55,920 nt of DNA from a virus (taxonomy: Duplodnaviria; Caudoviricetes): positions 1 to 55,920 of IMG/VR virus record IMGVR_UViG_3300003324_000282. One strand, 5' to 3'. The notes beneath the pieces were generated by a model, which saw nothing but the letters and a program-made list of their open reading frames with translations, was not told where the DNA came from and did not search any database. Numbering within the stretch: the first letter of the stretch is position 1; each line of letters opens with the position of its first letter. Below are positions 33,822 through 43,346 of the stretch, piece after piece. A program made the position numbers and the translations under genes.

Positions 33822-34457
33822 ATGCCCGACGAATTTCCGGGAAACAGTAACAAAGACAAGGAGCGTCCTAAGCAGGTACGACGTGAGCCTGAGAAAAAGA
33901 TTCAAAAAGTTGCCCGTGGTCGGGTTCAGCGTCGAAAGAAACCATTTGGTCGTCGTTTGAAGGAAACTTTCTTTGGTGGCGATGGTCGAGGTGTATGGGA
34001 GTACATCACTGGCGACGTTCTTATTCCATCATTGAAAGACACAATTGCAGATGTCGTTACGCTCGGGATTGAGCGAATGATATTTGACGAGGTACGACCT
34101 AGTGGTCGGAGAGGTCGTAGAGATCCTCGTGGTCACGTTAGATATGATCGATACTCTTCAGGACCCGGGCGGCGGGAAGAATCTAGGAATATTAGTCGTA
34201 GAGGTCGATCTTCACATAACTTTGACGAGATTATTCTGGATTCTCGAGTAGAAGCTGAAGAAGTAATTGATAGCATGTTTGAGCTTATTCAGCAGTTTGA
34301 GGAAGTAACCGTTGCAGATCTGTACGAACTAGTAGGTATTTCAGGAAACTACACTGATCAGAAGTGGGGTTGGGACGATCTTACTGGCGCAGGTGCAACT
34401 CGGCTAAGCGGTGGTGGATATTTGCTTGACCTACCACGACCAATTCCTTTGGACTAA
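33822..34457 (+). CDS. Conserved hypothetical, Arg-rich with C-terminal winged-helix-like segment
   Basis: VTVADLYELVG....TD.KWGW motif, similar to the C-termini of the DUF6353-like genes. Confidence 0.7.
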   Translation: MPDEFPGNSNKDKERPKQVRREPEKKIQKVARGRVQRRKKPFGRRLKETFFGGDGRGVWEYITGDVLIPSLKDTIADVVTLGIERMIFDEVRPSGRRGRRDPRGHVRYDRYSSGPGRREESRNISRRGRSSHNFDEIILDSRVEAEEVIDSMFELIQQFEEVTVADLYELVGISGNYTDQKWGWDDLTGAGATRLSGGGYLLDLPRPIPLD

Positions 34458-34466
34458 GGGGAGGAG

Positions 34467-34601
34467 ATGGCTAGCAACCAAGAGCGAGAACTCTTAAAGA
34501 AGGCATATCCCAGTAAGAAATGGGCTGAAAAGGTAAACAAGATGTCGGACTCTCAGGTTGCAGCTGTATATTTGCGGCTGAAGAGCCAGGGAAAAGTTTA
34601 A
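34467..34601 (+). CDS. 44-aa hypothetical (not in ORF track)
   Basis: RBS GGGGAGGAG; W..KV.KMSD.QV.A.Y motif. Confidence 0.7.
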   Translation: MASNQERELLKKAYPSKKWAEKVNKMSDSQVAAVYLRLKSQGKV

Positions 34602-34610
34602 GGAGAAATT

Positions 34611-35531
34611 GTGGATCTTAATGTTGTGAAGAATGCAGTGACTTCTAAGATCGCTCGACAGATCTTAATTGGTCAGAAGCACTCACCGACGATTCTGTTC
34701 GCAGGTGGTGTAGTTGGTATTGCCGGCACAGTGGTACTTGCATGTCGTGCAACTCTCAAGATGGAAAATGTTCTCGACAATGCAGAAACAAAGCGTGCTC
34801 AGATCGATCAAGCACTTAAAATCTCAGATCCAAAACGATATTCTGAAAAAGATGCTAAGCATGATCGTGGCTTAGTAAAAATTCAGCTAGCCGGCGATAT
34901 GGTAAAGCTTTACGCGCCACCGGTTGCATTAGGTGTTGCATCTATTGCGGCACTTACTGGCTCTCACGTTATTCTTACTAAGAGGAACGTGGCACTCACG
35001 GCTGCATATAAAGTTCTTGACGAAGGATTTAACGAGTATCGCAAGCGAGTTCGTGAAGAATTTGGTGAAGAAAAGGAACGTGAACTTCGTCATGATATTC
35101 GTGAAGAGACTTATCGAATGGATGATACTAAAGAAGGTAAAGTTCGAGAAATCAAGGTAGGAACAGCTAAGGCGTCAATCTACGCTAGGTTCTTCGATGA
35201 ACTCAATGATAACTGGAAGAGTAATCACGAGCTTAATCTCATGTTCTTGAACATGAAGCAGAATTACGCAAACGATCGTCTTCATGCTAAAGGTCATCTT
35301 TTCTTGAACGAAGTTTATGATGAGCTTGGTATTGAAAGATCAAAGGCTGGACAAGTTGTGGGTTGGATTATCGGTCATGGCGATGATCATGTCGATTTCG
35401 GAATTTATGATGCATCTAACCCACAGAAGCGAGACTTTGTCAACGGTTTCGAACCGGCGATTCTTCTTGACTTTAACGTCGCTGGTCCGATCTACGATTT
35501 GATTGAGAAAAAGAGGGATAATGGCCGGTAA
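34611..35531 (+). CDS. DUF6353-like protein
   Basis: KHSPTIL...GVVG....VLAC.ATLK; LTAAY; SIYARFFDE; GHLFLNEVYD.LG; VGW; LDFNV.G. Confidence 0.7.
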   Translation: MDLNVVKNAVTSKIARQILIGQKHSPTILFAGGVVGIAGTVVLACRATLKMENVLDNAETKRAQIDQALKISDPKRYSEKDAKHDRGLVKIQLAGDMVKLYAPPVALGVASIAALTGSHVILTKRNVALTAAYKVLDEGFNEYRKRVREEFGEEKERELRHDIREETYRMDDTKEGKVREIKVGTAKASIYARFFDELNDNWKSNHELNLMFLNMKQNYANDRLHAKGHLFLNEVYDELGIERSKAGQVVGWIIGHGDDHVDFGIYDASNPQKRDFVNGFEPAILLDFNVAGPIYDLIEKKRDNGR

Positions 35532-36366
35532 AGAAGCGGTTGACGCAATTGAAAAGTCTTTGGATGTGATTGAAAAGAATCTTGATCGTATCGAAGATCC
35601 AGTTGCATATATTGCTGATCAGCGAGCATCTCTGATTCTTGGTGGTGTAGCAATTGGAATGGGTCTCGGACTAGCTGTTGGGACCATTGGTTATATTCTT
35701 GCCAAGAAGCGAATCCAGGCTAAGTACGAGGAGATTCTCGAACAAGAACGTCTCGAGATGAAAGACTATTATGCAAAGTTTTACAAAGAAGATGATTTCA
35801 AGACCCCGGGAGATGCAGTTAAGAGCCTAGGTCGAGAAGCAGATGTTGCACTTACTAATTATCAAGGCATGGGAGAAAAAGTTTCCCGTCTATCAGAAGT
35901 TGAGGAAGAATTGATAGTAGAAGAAGAAACAGAAGTGGAGGTGACTCCAACCACTAAGAATATCTTTACTGAGAATAAATCCGATGAAGTATGGGATCAA
36001 GATCAAGAAGACTCTAAGCGAGCTTCAAATCCTGATGATCCATATGTTATTACGCTTGATGAGTTTCAGGATAACGAGCATGACTACGAACAGATCACAC
36101 TGACATATTTTTCGGAAGATGATGTGTTGGTTGATCAAAACGAGAAGCCAATCGAGAGTATTGATGGCGTAGTCGGTGAAGGAAATCTTCTTCGATTTGG
36201 CCATGGATCCAAAGACAATCGGATCGTTTATATTCGAAACAACTCGCTTAGCTATGATTTTGAAGTAGTCAAGAAAGATGGTAGTTATGCCAGGGATATT
36301 TTGGGCTTCCAACATAGCGATGGTGGGAGTCGAAAAGTTAGAAAGTTTAGAGGTGTCGATGAGTGA
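35521..36366 (+). CDS. Conserved hypothetical, N-terminal TM and acidic domain
   Basis: One TM; PYVI..DEF..LTYF..DDVL.D..VYIRN C-terminal domain. Confidence 0.75.
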   Translation: MAGKEAVDAIEKSLDVIEKNLDRIEDPVAYIADQRASLILGGVAIGMGLGLAVGTIGYILAKKRIQAKYEEILEQERLEMKDYYAKFYKEDDFKTPGDAVKSLGREADVALTNYQGMGEKVSRLSEVEEELIVEEETEVEVTPTTKNIFTENKSDEVWDQDQEDSKRASNPDDPYVITLDEFQDNEHDYEQITLTYFSEDDVLVDQNEKPIESIDGVVGEGNLLRFGHGSKDNRIVYIRNNSLSYDFEVVKKDGSYARDILGFQHSDGGSRKVRKFRGVDE

Positions 36367-36887
36367 GCGCCATACTTGACGAGCTATATTTCGAATGGCT
36401 TTACAGCCAGGTAGCTCCGGTCAAGGCGAAGAACCCGAAAAGAACCTACTGGAAGATATTCAACATTCTCTTCAAAAAAGAGTTTGTTTGGATCGTTCCT
36501 AATGATGATAATCGAATCGAAGATGGTAAGGAGCTCAGACTTGAGTTCATTGCTGAATGCGAGATTGAGCACGTAGATAATGAATGGTTAGATCTAGGTT
36601 GTTCTATGCTGGAACTATTCATTGGGTTATCACGTCGTCTTGCCTTTGAAACGAATGCACCACCGTATGAATGGTTCTGGGAGATCATGGAAAATCTTGA
36701 TCTCGTTTACAACGATACGATCCATATTCCCCGTGATCGTGTCGAAGAAATACTTGACCGTGTTATCTGGCGTACGTATCGACCAAATGGCCAAGGGGGA
36801 TTGTTCCCTTTGAGAAGGCCAAAACAAGATCAACGAGAGGTTGAGCTTTGGTATCAGCTTAACGCATATCTTCTTGAACGAGACTAG
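36363..36887 (+). CDS. Conserved hypothetical protein
   Basis: YFEWL, DDNR..DG..LR, G.GGLFP, ELWYQL..Y; GTGA overlap; precedes replicase. Confidence 0.75.
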   Translation: MSAILDELYFEWLYSQVAPVKAKNPKRTYWKIFNILFKKEFVWIVPNDDNRIEDGKELRLEFIAECEIEHVDNEWLDLGCSMLELFIGLSRRLAFETNAPPYEWFWEIMENLDLVYNDTIHIPRDRVEEILDRVIWRTYRPNGQGGLFPLRRPKQDQREVELWYQLNAYLLERD

Positions 36888-36904
36888 ATGCGAAAGGAGG
36901 GTAG

Positions 36905-39900
36905 GTGGACTTTTATCAGATCGGCACTAAAGAAACCAAGGGCGGAGTCATTGAGATATTCCCAGACTTCACTGTTGGCCGATCTAAAGACCTCATGGTG
37001 CGTGGACGTTCTTTCTATGCAATCTGGGATGAAGAAAAAGGTCTATGGTCTACGGACGAATACGATGTACAACGTTTAGTGGACAAAGAGCTTTCTGAGT
37101 TTGCAGACAAGCTGAAGAAAGACGGACATATTTGCACTGTAAAATACCTTCGTTCGTTCAGTAGTAACACTTGGAGTCAGTTTCAGAATTTTTTGAGCAA
37201 AGTTGGAGATAATGCTCATACGCTCGACCAGAATCTGACTTTCAGTAATACCGAAGTTTCGAAGTCTGATTATATAAGTAAACGTCTACCATACCCTCTC
37301 GCCCCAGGTTCTACTCCTGCTTGGGACGAGCTGATAGGTACATTATACTCTGTTGAGGAAAGAGCAAAAATTGAATGGGCAATTGGATCAGTCGTTTCAG
37401 GAGATTCTAAGAAAATCCAAAAGTTTCTCGTCTTATACGGACCTGCTGGAACAGGCAAGTCAACAGTTCTCAATATTGTCCAAAAACTGTTCGAAGGCTA
37501 CACAACTACTTTTGAAGCTAAGGCCCTTGCTTCCTCAAATGGAACCTTCTCGACAGAAGCATTCAAAAACAATCCACTAGTTGCAATTCAACATGATGGT
37601 GATTTGTCAAAGATCGAGGATAACACAAAACTGAACTCGATTGTTTCTCATGAAGAGATGACAATGAATGAGAAGTATAAACCGAGTTATACTGCTCGCG
37701 TTAACTCCTTCTTGTTCATGGGAACGAATCAACCAGTAAAGATATCTGATGCCAAGTCGGGTATCATTCGTCGTTTAATTGATGTTCATCCTACTGGCAT
37801 CAAGATTCCGATCAATCACTATCATACGTTAATGAGCAAGATTGACTTTGAGTTAGGTGCTATTGCGCATCGTTGTCTTGAAGTCTATCAACAAATGGGA
37901 AAGAACTATTACAACGGATATCGTCCACTCGAGATGATGTTACAAACAGATGTATTCTTTAACTTCATCGAGGCTAACTACGATATTTTCAAATCACAAA
38001 ATGGTACTTCCTTGAAGCAGGCATACGCGCTATACAAAGATTTCTGTAATGATACGGGAATTGAACGACAACTTCCACAATACAAGGTACGAGAAGAACT
38101 TCGTAACTACTTTGAAGACTTCAAAGACCGAGCTGTAGTTGATGGTGAGACAATTCGAAGTTATTACTATGGTTTCACCGCACATCCATTTAAAACGCCT
38201 TCTAAGGATGCTAACACGTTCTCGTTGGTTATTGATGAAACTACATCTATATTTGAGAAGTTATATGAAGATTGTGCAGCGCAGTATGCCAAAGAAGATG
38301 GAACTCCTCAAAAGAGGTGGATTACAGTAAAGACCAAGCTTAGTGATATTGATACCAGTCAACTTCACTACGTAAAGGTTCCTGATGATCATATTGTGAT
38401 TGACTTCGATCTTAAGGACGAGAATGGTAACAAAAGCTTGGAACGAAATTTGGAAGCAGCCAGCAGCTGGCCCGCTACCTACGCCGAAATCAGCAAATCT
38501 GGATCCGGCGTGCATCTACATTACCGTTATGACGGAGACGTTAACACCCTCTCTAGAAGCTTTGCTGATGGAGTTGAAGTTAAAGTCTTCAATGGTGATA
38601 GTTCTTTGCGCCGTCGATTCACAAAATGCAACAGTGTATCGATTAGCACAATAAGTAGTGGGCTCCCTACGAAGGAGAAGAAGGTGCTTCAATCCCAAAC
38701 TATCAAGAGCGAGAAAGGTCTTCGGGAACTTATCGCTCGAAATCTACGCAAGGAGATTCATCCAGGAACGAAGCCCTCTGTCGACTTCATCAAACATATT
38801 CTGGATCAAGCATATACAGATGGTTTGACCTATGATGTCTCAGACCTTCGACCAAAGCTAATTACATTCGCAAACAACAGTACCAATAGGCCATTAGAAT
38901 GTCTTAAGATCGTACAGAGCATGAAGTTCAAATCTGAGAAAGAAACAGAATCTGTTGACACTAGAAGTAATACTACATCAACAGCGGCTATGGATACATA
39001 TTCTGCTCCAGAAGATGATGTGATTGCTCCGTTCGATACTGAAGTATTTCCAAACCTATTTATTGTGTGCTGGAAGTATCGAGGGTCTGACCAAGTAGTA
39101 AAGATGATTAACCCATCACCTACAGAAATTGAAAAACTTGTCGAGCTCAAGTTAATTGGGTATAACAATCGACGGTTTGATAATCATATTCTGTATGCAC
39201 GAATTATGGGTTATAACAATCAGCAATTGTTCGAACTCTCACAAAAATTAATCAATGGTAACACCAGTGCATATTTTGGCGAAGCATATAATCTTTCTTA
39301 TGCAGATGCCTATGATTTTATCACAGACAAAAAGAGTTTGAAGAAGTTTCAAATTGAACTAGGTTTACCTCATGTTGAACTGGATTTGCCATGGGATCAG
39401 CCAGTTCCTGATGAACTAATTGACAAAGTTGTTGAATATTGTGTCAACGATGTGCTCAGTCTTGAATCGGTAATTGAAGAGCGAGAAGCAGATTTAGTTG
39501 CTCGACAAATTCTAGCTGAGTTATCTGGTCTGTCTATCAACGACACCACACAACGACACACAGCAGCAATTATATTTGGTAAGGATAACAAAAAACCACA
39601 GAAAGATTTCGTTTATACCCATTTAAGCAAGGAGTTTCCAGGATATGAGTATGATCGTGGCGTTAGTACGTATCGTGACGAAGTTGTCGGTGAAGGCGGC
39701 TATGTTTATGCTGAGCCTGGTATGTACAACGACGTTGCTCTCCTGGATGTGGCGTCTATGCACCCGACGTCGATCGAAGAGCTAAATCTGTTCGGACCAT
39801 ATACTCCGAATTTTACCGCTCTTAAGAACGCTCGTTTGGCTATCAAATATGGTGACTATTCATCAGCTCGAGAAATGATGGATGGTAAGCTTGCGCCATA

Positions 39901-40675
39901 TTTGAAGAATGAGAAAAACTCAGCGGCATTGGCCTATGCTTTGAAGATTGCAATCAACACAGTGTACGGTCTTACCGCGGCCAAGTTTGACAACCCGTTC
40001 AGAGACAATCGCAACATTGATAATATTGTAGCAAAGCGTGGTGCTCTGTTCATGATCGATTTAAAACATGCAGTACAGGAACAAGGTTATACTGTCGCTC
40101 ATATCAAAACGGACTCTATCAAGATTCCGGAAGCTACACAAGAGATCATCGATTTCGTTGTCAATTTTGGTACTAAATATGGCTATGAGTTCGAACACGA
40201 GGCTACGTATGACAAATTTTGTCTCGTGAACGATGCAGTTTATATTGCACACAAGCCCGAGAGTAACATTTGGGTTGCAGTAGGAGCTCAGTTCCAGCAT
40301 CCGTATGTGTACAAAACATTGTTCAGTGGCGAAGAAATTGAATTTGACGACTTGTGTGAGACAAAACAAGTTATGCAGGGCGTTATGTATCTAGAATATC
40401 CGGACAATGTTCGAGAGCATGTCGGTAGGATTGGAAGATTTGTTCCAGTGCTTGAAGGTGGTGGCACGTTGTTGCGGGTTAAGGATGACAAAGCCTACGC
40501 AGTTACAGGCACCAAGAACTACGAGTGGGTTGAAGCCGAGATGGCTCGAAATAACCAAGATACAATCAAGATTAACATGTCATATTTCGAGAAGCTAGCT
40601 AATGATGCTCGAGATGCTATCGATTATTATGGATCATTCCATGATTTTGTGCTACTAGATGGGGTCAATAGATAA
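36905..40675 (+). CDS. Fused SF3/D5-like helicase + AEP primase + family-B-like DNA polymerase with proofreading exonuclease
   Basis: GPAGTGKS Walker A; VIDFD and SKSGSGVHLHY primase motifs; FDTE, GYN...FD, YC.ND exonuclease motifs; DVASMHP, K...N..YG, KTDS polymerase motifs. Confidence 0.9.
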   Translation: MDFYQIGTKETKGGVIEIFPDFTVGRSKDLMVRGRSFYAIWDEEKGLWSTDEYDVQRLVDKELSEFADKLKKDGHICTVKYLRSFSSNTWSQFQNFLSKVGDNAHTLDQNLTFSNTEVSKSDYISKRLPYPLAPGSTPAWDELIGTLYSVEERAKIEWAIGSVVSGDSKKIQKFLVLYGPAGTGKSTVLNIVQKLFEGYTTTFEAKALASSNGTFSTEAFKNNPLVAIQHDGDLSKIEDNTKLNSIVSHEEMTMNEKYKPSYTARVNSFLFMGTNQPVKISDAKSGIIRRLIDVHPTGIKIPINHYHTLMSKIDFELGAIAHRCLEVYQQMGKNYYNGYRPLEMMLQTDVFFNFIEANYDIFKSQNGTSLKQAYALYKDFCNDTGIERQLPQYKVREELRNYFEDFKDRAVVDGETIRSYYYGFTAHPFKTPSKDANTFSLVIDETTSIFEKLYEDCAAQYAKEDGTPQKRWITVKTKLSDIDTSQLHYVKVPDDHIVIDFDLKDENGNKSLERNLEAASSWPATYAEISKSGSGVHLHYRYDGDVNTLSRSFADGVEVKVFNGDSSLRRRFTKCNSVSISTISSGLPTKEKKVLQSQTIKSEKGLRELIARNLRKEIHPGTKPSVDFIKHILDQAYTDGLTYDVSDLRPKLITFANNSTNRPLECLKIVQSMKFKSEKETESVDTRSNTTSTAAMDTYSAPEDDVIAPFDTEVFPNLFIVCWKYRGSDQVVKMINPSPTEIEKLVELKLIGYNNRRFDNHILYARIMGYNNQQLFELSQKLINGNTSAYFGEAYNLSYADAYDFITDKKSLKKFQIELGLPHVELDLPWDQPVPDELIDKVVEYCVNDVLSLESVIEEREADLVARQILAELSGLSINDTTQRHTAAIIFGKDNKKPQKDFVYTHLSKEFPGYEYDRGVSTYRDEVVGEGGYVYAEPGMYNDVALLDVASMHPTSIEELNLFGPYTPNFTALKNARLAIKYGDYSSAREMMDGKLAPYLKNEKNSAALAYALKIAINTVYGLTAAKFDNPFRDNRNIDNIVAKRGALFMIDLKHAVQEQGYTVAHIKTDSIKIPEATQEIIDFVVNFGTKYGYEFEHEATYDKFCLVNDAVYIAHKPESNIWVAVGAQFQHPYVYKTLFSGEEIEFDDLCETKQVMQGVMYLEYPDNVREHVGRIGRFVPVLEGGGTLLRVKDDKAYAVTGTKNYEWVEAEMARNNQDTIKINMSYFEKLANDARDAIDYYGSFHDFVLLDGVNR

Positions 40676-40884
40676 TGCCACAAATTCGAACATATGAAGT
40701 ATCACAAACACGAAAAGTAAAAGTCACTGCAAATAATCCAGCAGATGCTGTAGCAATTGCAAATGCTGCATTTACTAATGGACAAAATAGTGACAGAGGT
40801 GCGAAAGATGCCCCGGCGGGTATTTGGGGTAATATCTCTTCGGAAATTAGAATTGCAGATATGACTTGTTATGAGGAGATCTAA
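40675..40884 (+). CDS. Hypothetical protein
   Basis: TAATG coupling to the replicase gene. Confidence 0.65.
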   Translation: MPQIRTYEVSQTRKVKVTANNPADAVAIANAAFTNGQNSDRGAKDAPAGIWGNISSEIRIADMTCYEEI

Positions 40885-41382
40885 ATGGTAAGAGAGCGTG
40901 ATCGAAAGAACTGGACATTTGAAGATCATCGAGTTATTTTCAAGAACTTTGCTGGTAAGCCTGGACCATTTAACGCAGAGGGAGATAGAAACTTCGCACT
41001 CTGTCTAGACGATCCCAAGGAAGCCAAAGAGCTTGAAAAAGAAGGTTGGAATGTCAAGTATCTAGACCCAAGAGAGGATGGTGATGCTGCTCAGGCATAT
41101 TTGCCCTGCTCAGTCAGCTTCAAAAACTATCCACCGAAGATTTACATGATTACTTCTCGTGGGCGTACTCTTCTTGGTGAACACGAAGTTGAATTACTTG
41201 ATTATGCTGACTATGAGACTGTTGATGTCATTGTTCGACCTTATGAATGGGTTATCAGTGGAAAGACTGGTATCAAGGCATACGTAAAGTCGATGTATGT
41301 AACGATCCAGGAAGATGATCTGGACATGAAGTATCGTGACGTGGCGGATGTTCCTACTCGTTCTGGAAAGACATATGAATAA
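40885..41382 (+). CDS. Putative single-stranded DNA-binding protein
   Basis: IFKNF.G....N.EG.RNF, GWNVK, RPY.W...GK.GIKAY pattern; follows the replicase. Confidence 0.6.
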   Translation: MVRERDRKNWTFEDHRVIFKNFAGKPGPFNAEGDRNFALCLDDPKEAKELEKEGWNVKYLDPREDGDAAQAYLPCSVSFKNYPPKIYMITSRGRTLLGEHEVELLDYADYETVDVIVRPYEWVISGKTGIKAYVKSMYVTIQEDDLDMKYRDVADVPTRSGKTYE

Positions 41383-41396
41383 AGATTTGGGGACTC

Positions 41397-42191
41397 ATGA
41401 CTGAGCATAGTATTTTAATCCGTAAAATTGATGATGTTCGCAAACCTAGATTAAAAACTGGTGCAATTTTTAAAGAAGATTCTCGAAATCTTGACTTTGT
41501 GCATTCAGATCGAATGGCTGCTCGAGCTCAACCGCCATTACCGATTACTGATGTGAACTGGCCACGACACATCAAAATCATGAATCAAAATGCCTCAGTA
41601 ACAGTTAATGGTCGACGTTATAACGGACTTGGCAGTTGTGTGCCTAACAGTGGTATTACTACTCTTTCTACTGGACCATTCAAGCCACCATATCCACGTC
41701 CTACTGAGCAAAAGACCATTGTTCCACTATATGAGACACTGAGTGCTGAGCTCGGTCCGGAGTATGCTTTTCCTCCGAACGACAAAGGTTGCAGCATCGG
41801 TGACTTTATGTCATTGGCGATAGAACGTGGCTGGATCTCTGAGTACAACTGGGTATATACCTTAGATGACATGCTGCAAGCACTGATGCATGGACCAGTT
41901 CAAGTAGCAATTGCATATCTTCATTCATATGAGCGAGATGCTAGTAGTGCTCGTTTCCCTGTGCATTTGAAGAGTGGTATTATTAGTTTTCATGCTTTGT
42001 GTGCCGATGAAGTTCGACTTAGCAAAAAGCAAGTTTGGTACACAAATAGTTGGGGTCATGTTGGTGCTAGAGATGCAAAAGGTAACTGGACTGGTAAATT
42101 CTATCAGACCTTTACTGATCTGGAACGGTTATTTAAGAGCAACAATATTCAGGTTGCAGTACCAATTCCTTCTCCTACTAGGAGGGTATAA
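41397..42191 (+). CDS. Second papain-like cysteine peptidase
   Basis: NQ..GLGSC, FHAL, TNSWG; colinear similarity to 529-1395. Confidence 0.75.
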   Translation: MTEHSILIRKIDDVRKPRLKTGAIFKEDSRNLDFVHSDRMAARAQPPLPITDVNWPRHIKIMNQNASVTVNGRRYNGLGSCVPNSGITTLSTGPFKPPYPRPTEQKTIVPLYETLSAELGPEYAFPPNDKGCSIGDFMSLAIERGWISEYNWVYTLDDMLQALMHGPVQVAIAYLHSYERDASSARFPVHLKSGIISFHALCADEVRLSKKQVWYTNSWGHVGARDAKGNWTGKFYQTFTDLERLFKSNNIQVAVPIPSPTRRV

Positions 42192-42283
42192 TGACAATGT
42201 TGCTGGTAGGTGCTGGAATTACTCTTTTTTCAATGGTCATCGGATACGCTCTCGGTGCGGCTAAGAACGAAGATAAAAACTAA
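42191..42283 (+). CDS. 30-aa single-TM protein (not in ORF track)
   Basis: RBS GGAGG, TAATG coupling. Confidence 0.55.
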   Translation: MTMLLVGAGITLFSMVIGYALGAAKNEDKN

Positions 42284-42319
42284 ACATTTCCTCCCGATGG
42301 TAAAGGACTAAACTTAATT

Positions 42320-42631
42320 ATGGAAACGCGAACGTTTATCCGTAAGTCGTTCGAGGTTGAGGCAGTTCAGGTTACTGCTGAAAATATGATGGAAGTATCC
42401 AAATGGTGTCAGGGGCGAGTTGTAAATGCCAATGGCGATGAGGAACGGCATATTAAGGTTCGAGTTCTCAGAGTCTTGGATGAGCGACAGACTAAAGCTT
42501 TTGTCGGAGACTGGGTACTCTATGCCGGTAATGGGTACAAGGTGTACAACAACAAAGCTTTTCAAAAGAGTTTTGAGCCTGTTGGTGAGGAACTTCGCGT
42601 CGTGGATGAGCCTGCCGAGGCAACTACTTGA
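42320..42631 (+). CDS. Conserved phage protein (RK.F.VEAVQ..GDW...F.K.FE), possible Acb4-like sponge
   Basis: Motif pattern; RBS AAAGGA. Confidence 0.5.
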   Translation: METRTFIRKSFEVEAVQVTAENMMEVSKWCQGRVVNANGDEERHIKVRVLRVLDERQTKAFVGDWVLYAGNGYKVYNNKAFQKSFEPVGEELRVVDEPAEATT

Positions 42632-42789
42632 TTATTCTAGCATTCCTTTGTTTGGCATTTCCTATCGGAATTTGGCTTGGGTTGGAAGGGTATGAACTGC
42701 CAGCCTTATTCTGTCTTATTTTTGGTTGGGCTCCTGCTGCAACTGTAATTGTCTCTGTCATAACAAAGGAACGCAGAAACATAAAATAG
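42628..42789 (+). CDS. Two-TM small membrane protein (not in ORF track)
   Basis: TTGA overlap; 53 aa, hydrophobic. Confidence 0.5.
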   Translation: MIILAFLCLAFPIGIWLGLEGYELPALFCLIFGWAPAATVIVSVITKERRNIK

Positions 42790-42790
42790 T

Positions 42791-43012
42791 TAACAAGCTT
42801 CCTGGAGAGGGGTCTCTGGGAAAATGGGTGCTATCCGTCCTGTGCTAATTCAATGGGATACGGGCTGTTAAGTACGGGAAGTCAGCCCATCCTTATAAGC
42901 GCCGACGAGCGCCTAGTCGTCCTGTGTCGAGCGCACTTTTACAACGGGCAGGATGGGAGAGTCGCGGGCCTGGCTACAACAGCGACACAATCGTGGCAAC
43001 AAGGCCACTACA
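42791..43012 (+). ncRNA. Candidate structured RNA (~220 nt)
   Basis: GC-rich intergenic stretch with several helices and alternative pairings. Confidence 0.45.
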
Positions 43013-43030
43013 TGAAAGGAAGTGACAGTT

Positions 43031-43270
43031 ATGCCTCCGGAGAACGAGGGCCAGGAGACACCGGTTGCTCAGTCGCAGACTGCTGAGGAGCCGCGGGGTT
43101 CGAACGAGCCCAACACCACTGAGACGGCTCAGACAGATGTTACAGCACCAGATCGTGCTGAGGAAAAGAAGGTTGACGTTCCTCAGAATGAGACATCTGT
43201 TACGGATGACAGGGCCGCGGAAGCTGGTCCGACCGATGCCGGCACAGTTTCGGGTGACACCACCCCGTAG
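43031..43270 (+). CDS. Acidic low-complexity protein
   Basis: RBS GAAAGGA; rich in E/D/T/P, almost no hydrophobic core. Confidence 0.65.
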   Translation: MPPENEGQETPVAQSQTAEEPRGSNEPNTTETAQTDVTAPDRAEEKKVDVPQNETSVTDDRAAEAGPTDAGTVSGDTTP

Positions 43271-43274
43271 TTAA

Positions 43275-43346
43275 AGGTTTGTGGGGACCACGCTTTGGTG
43301 GGTGCGTGGCTTAAACGACCGACTATATCTCCGGCGCCCACAACCT
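43275..43346 (+). ncRNA. Three-way-junction RNA motif, copy 2
   Basis: AGGTTTGTGGG/CCCACAACCT; CCACGC/GCGTGG; TTAAA; CG-A-CCG..CGG-CG. Confidence 0.55.

Noticed and set aside
42853-43086. 77-aa ORF in the structured GC-rich region
   Set aside because: No RBS and it overlaps the better-supported 43031 gene; an RNA structure explains the region better, though coding is not excluded
43275-43346. Hammerhead ribozyme interpretation of the three-way junction
   Set aside because: Lacks the CUGANGA and GAAA core on either strand
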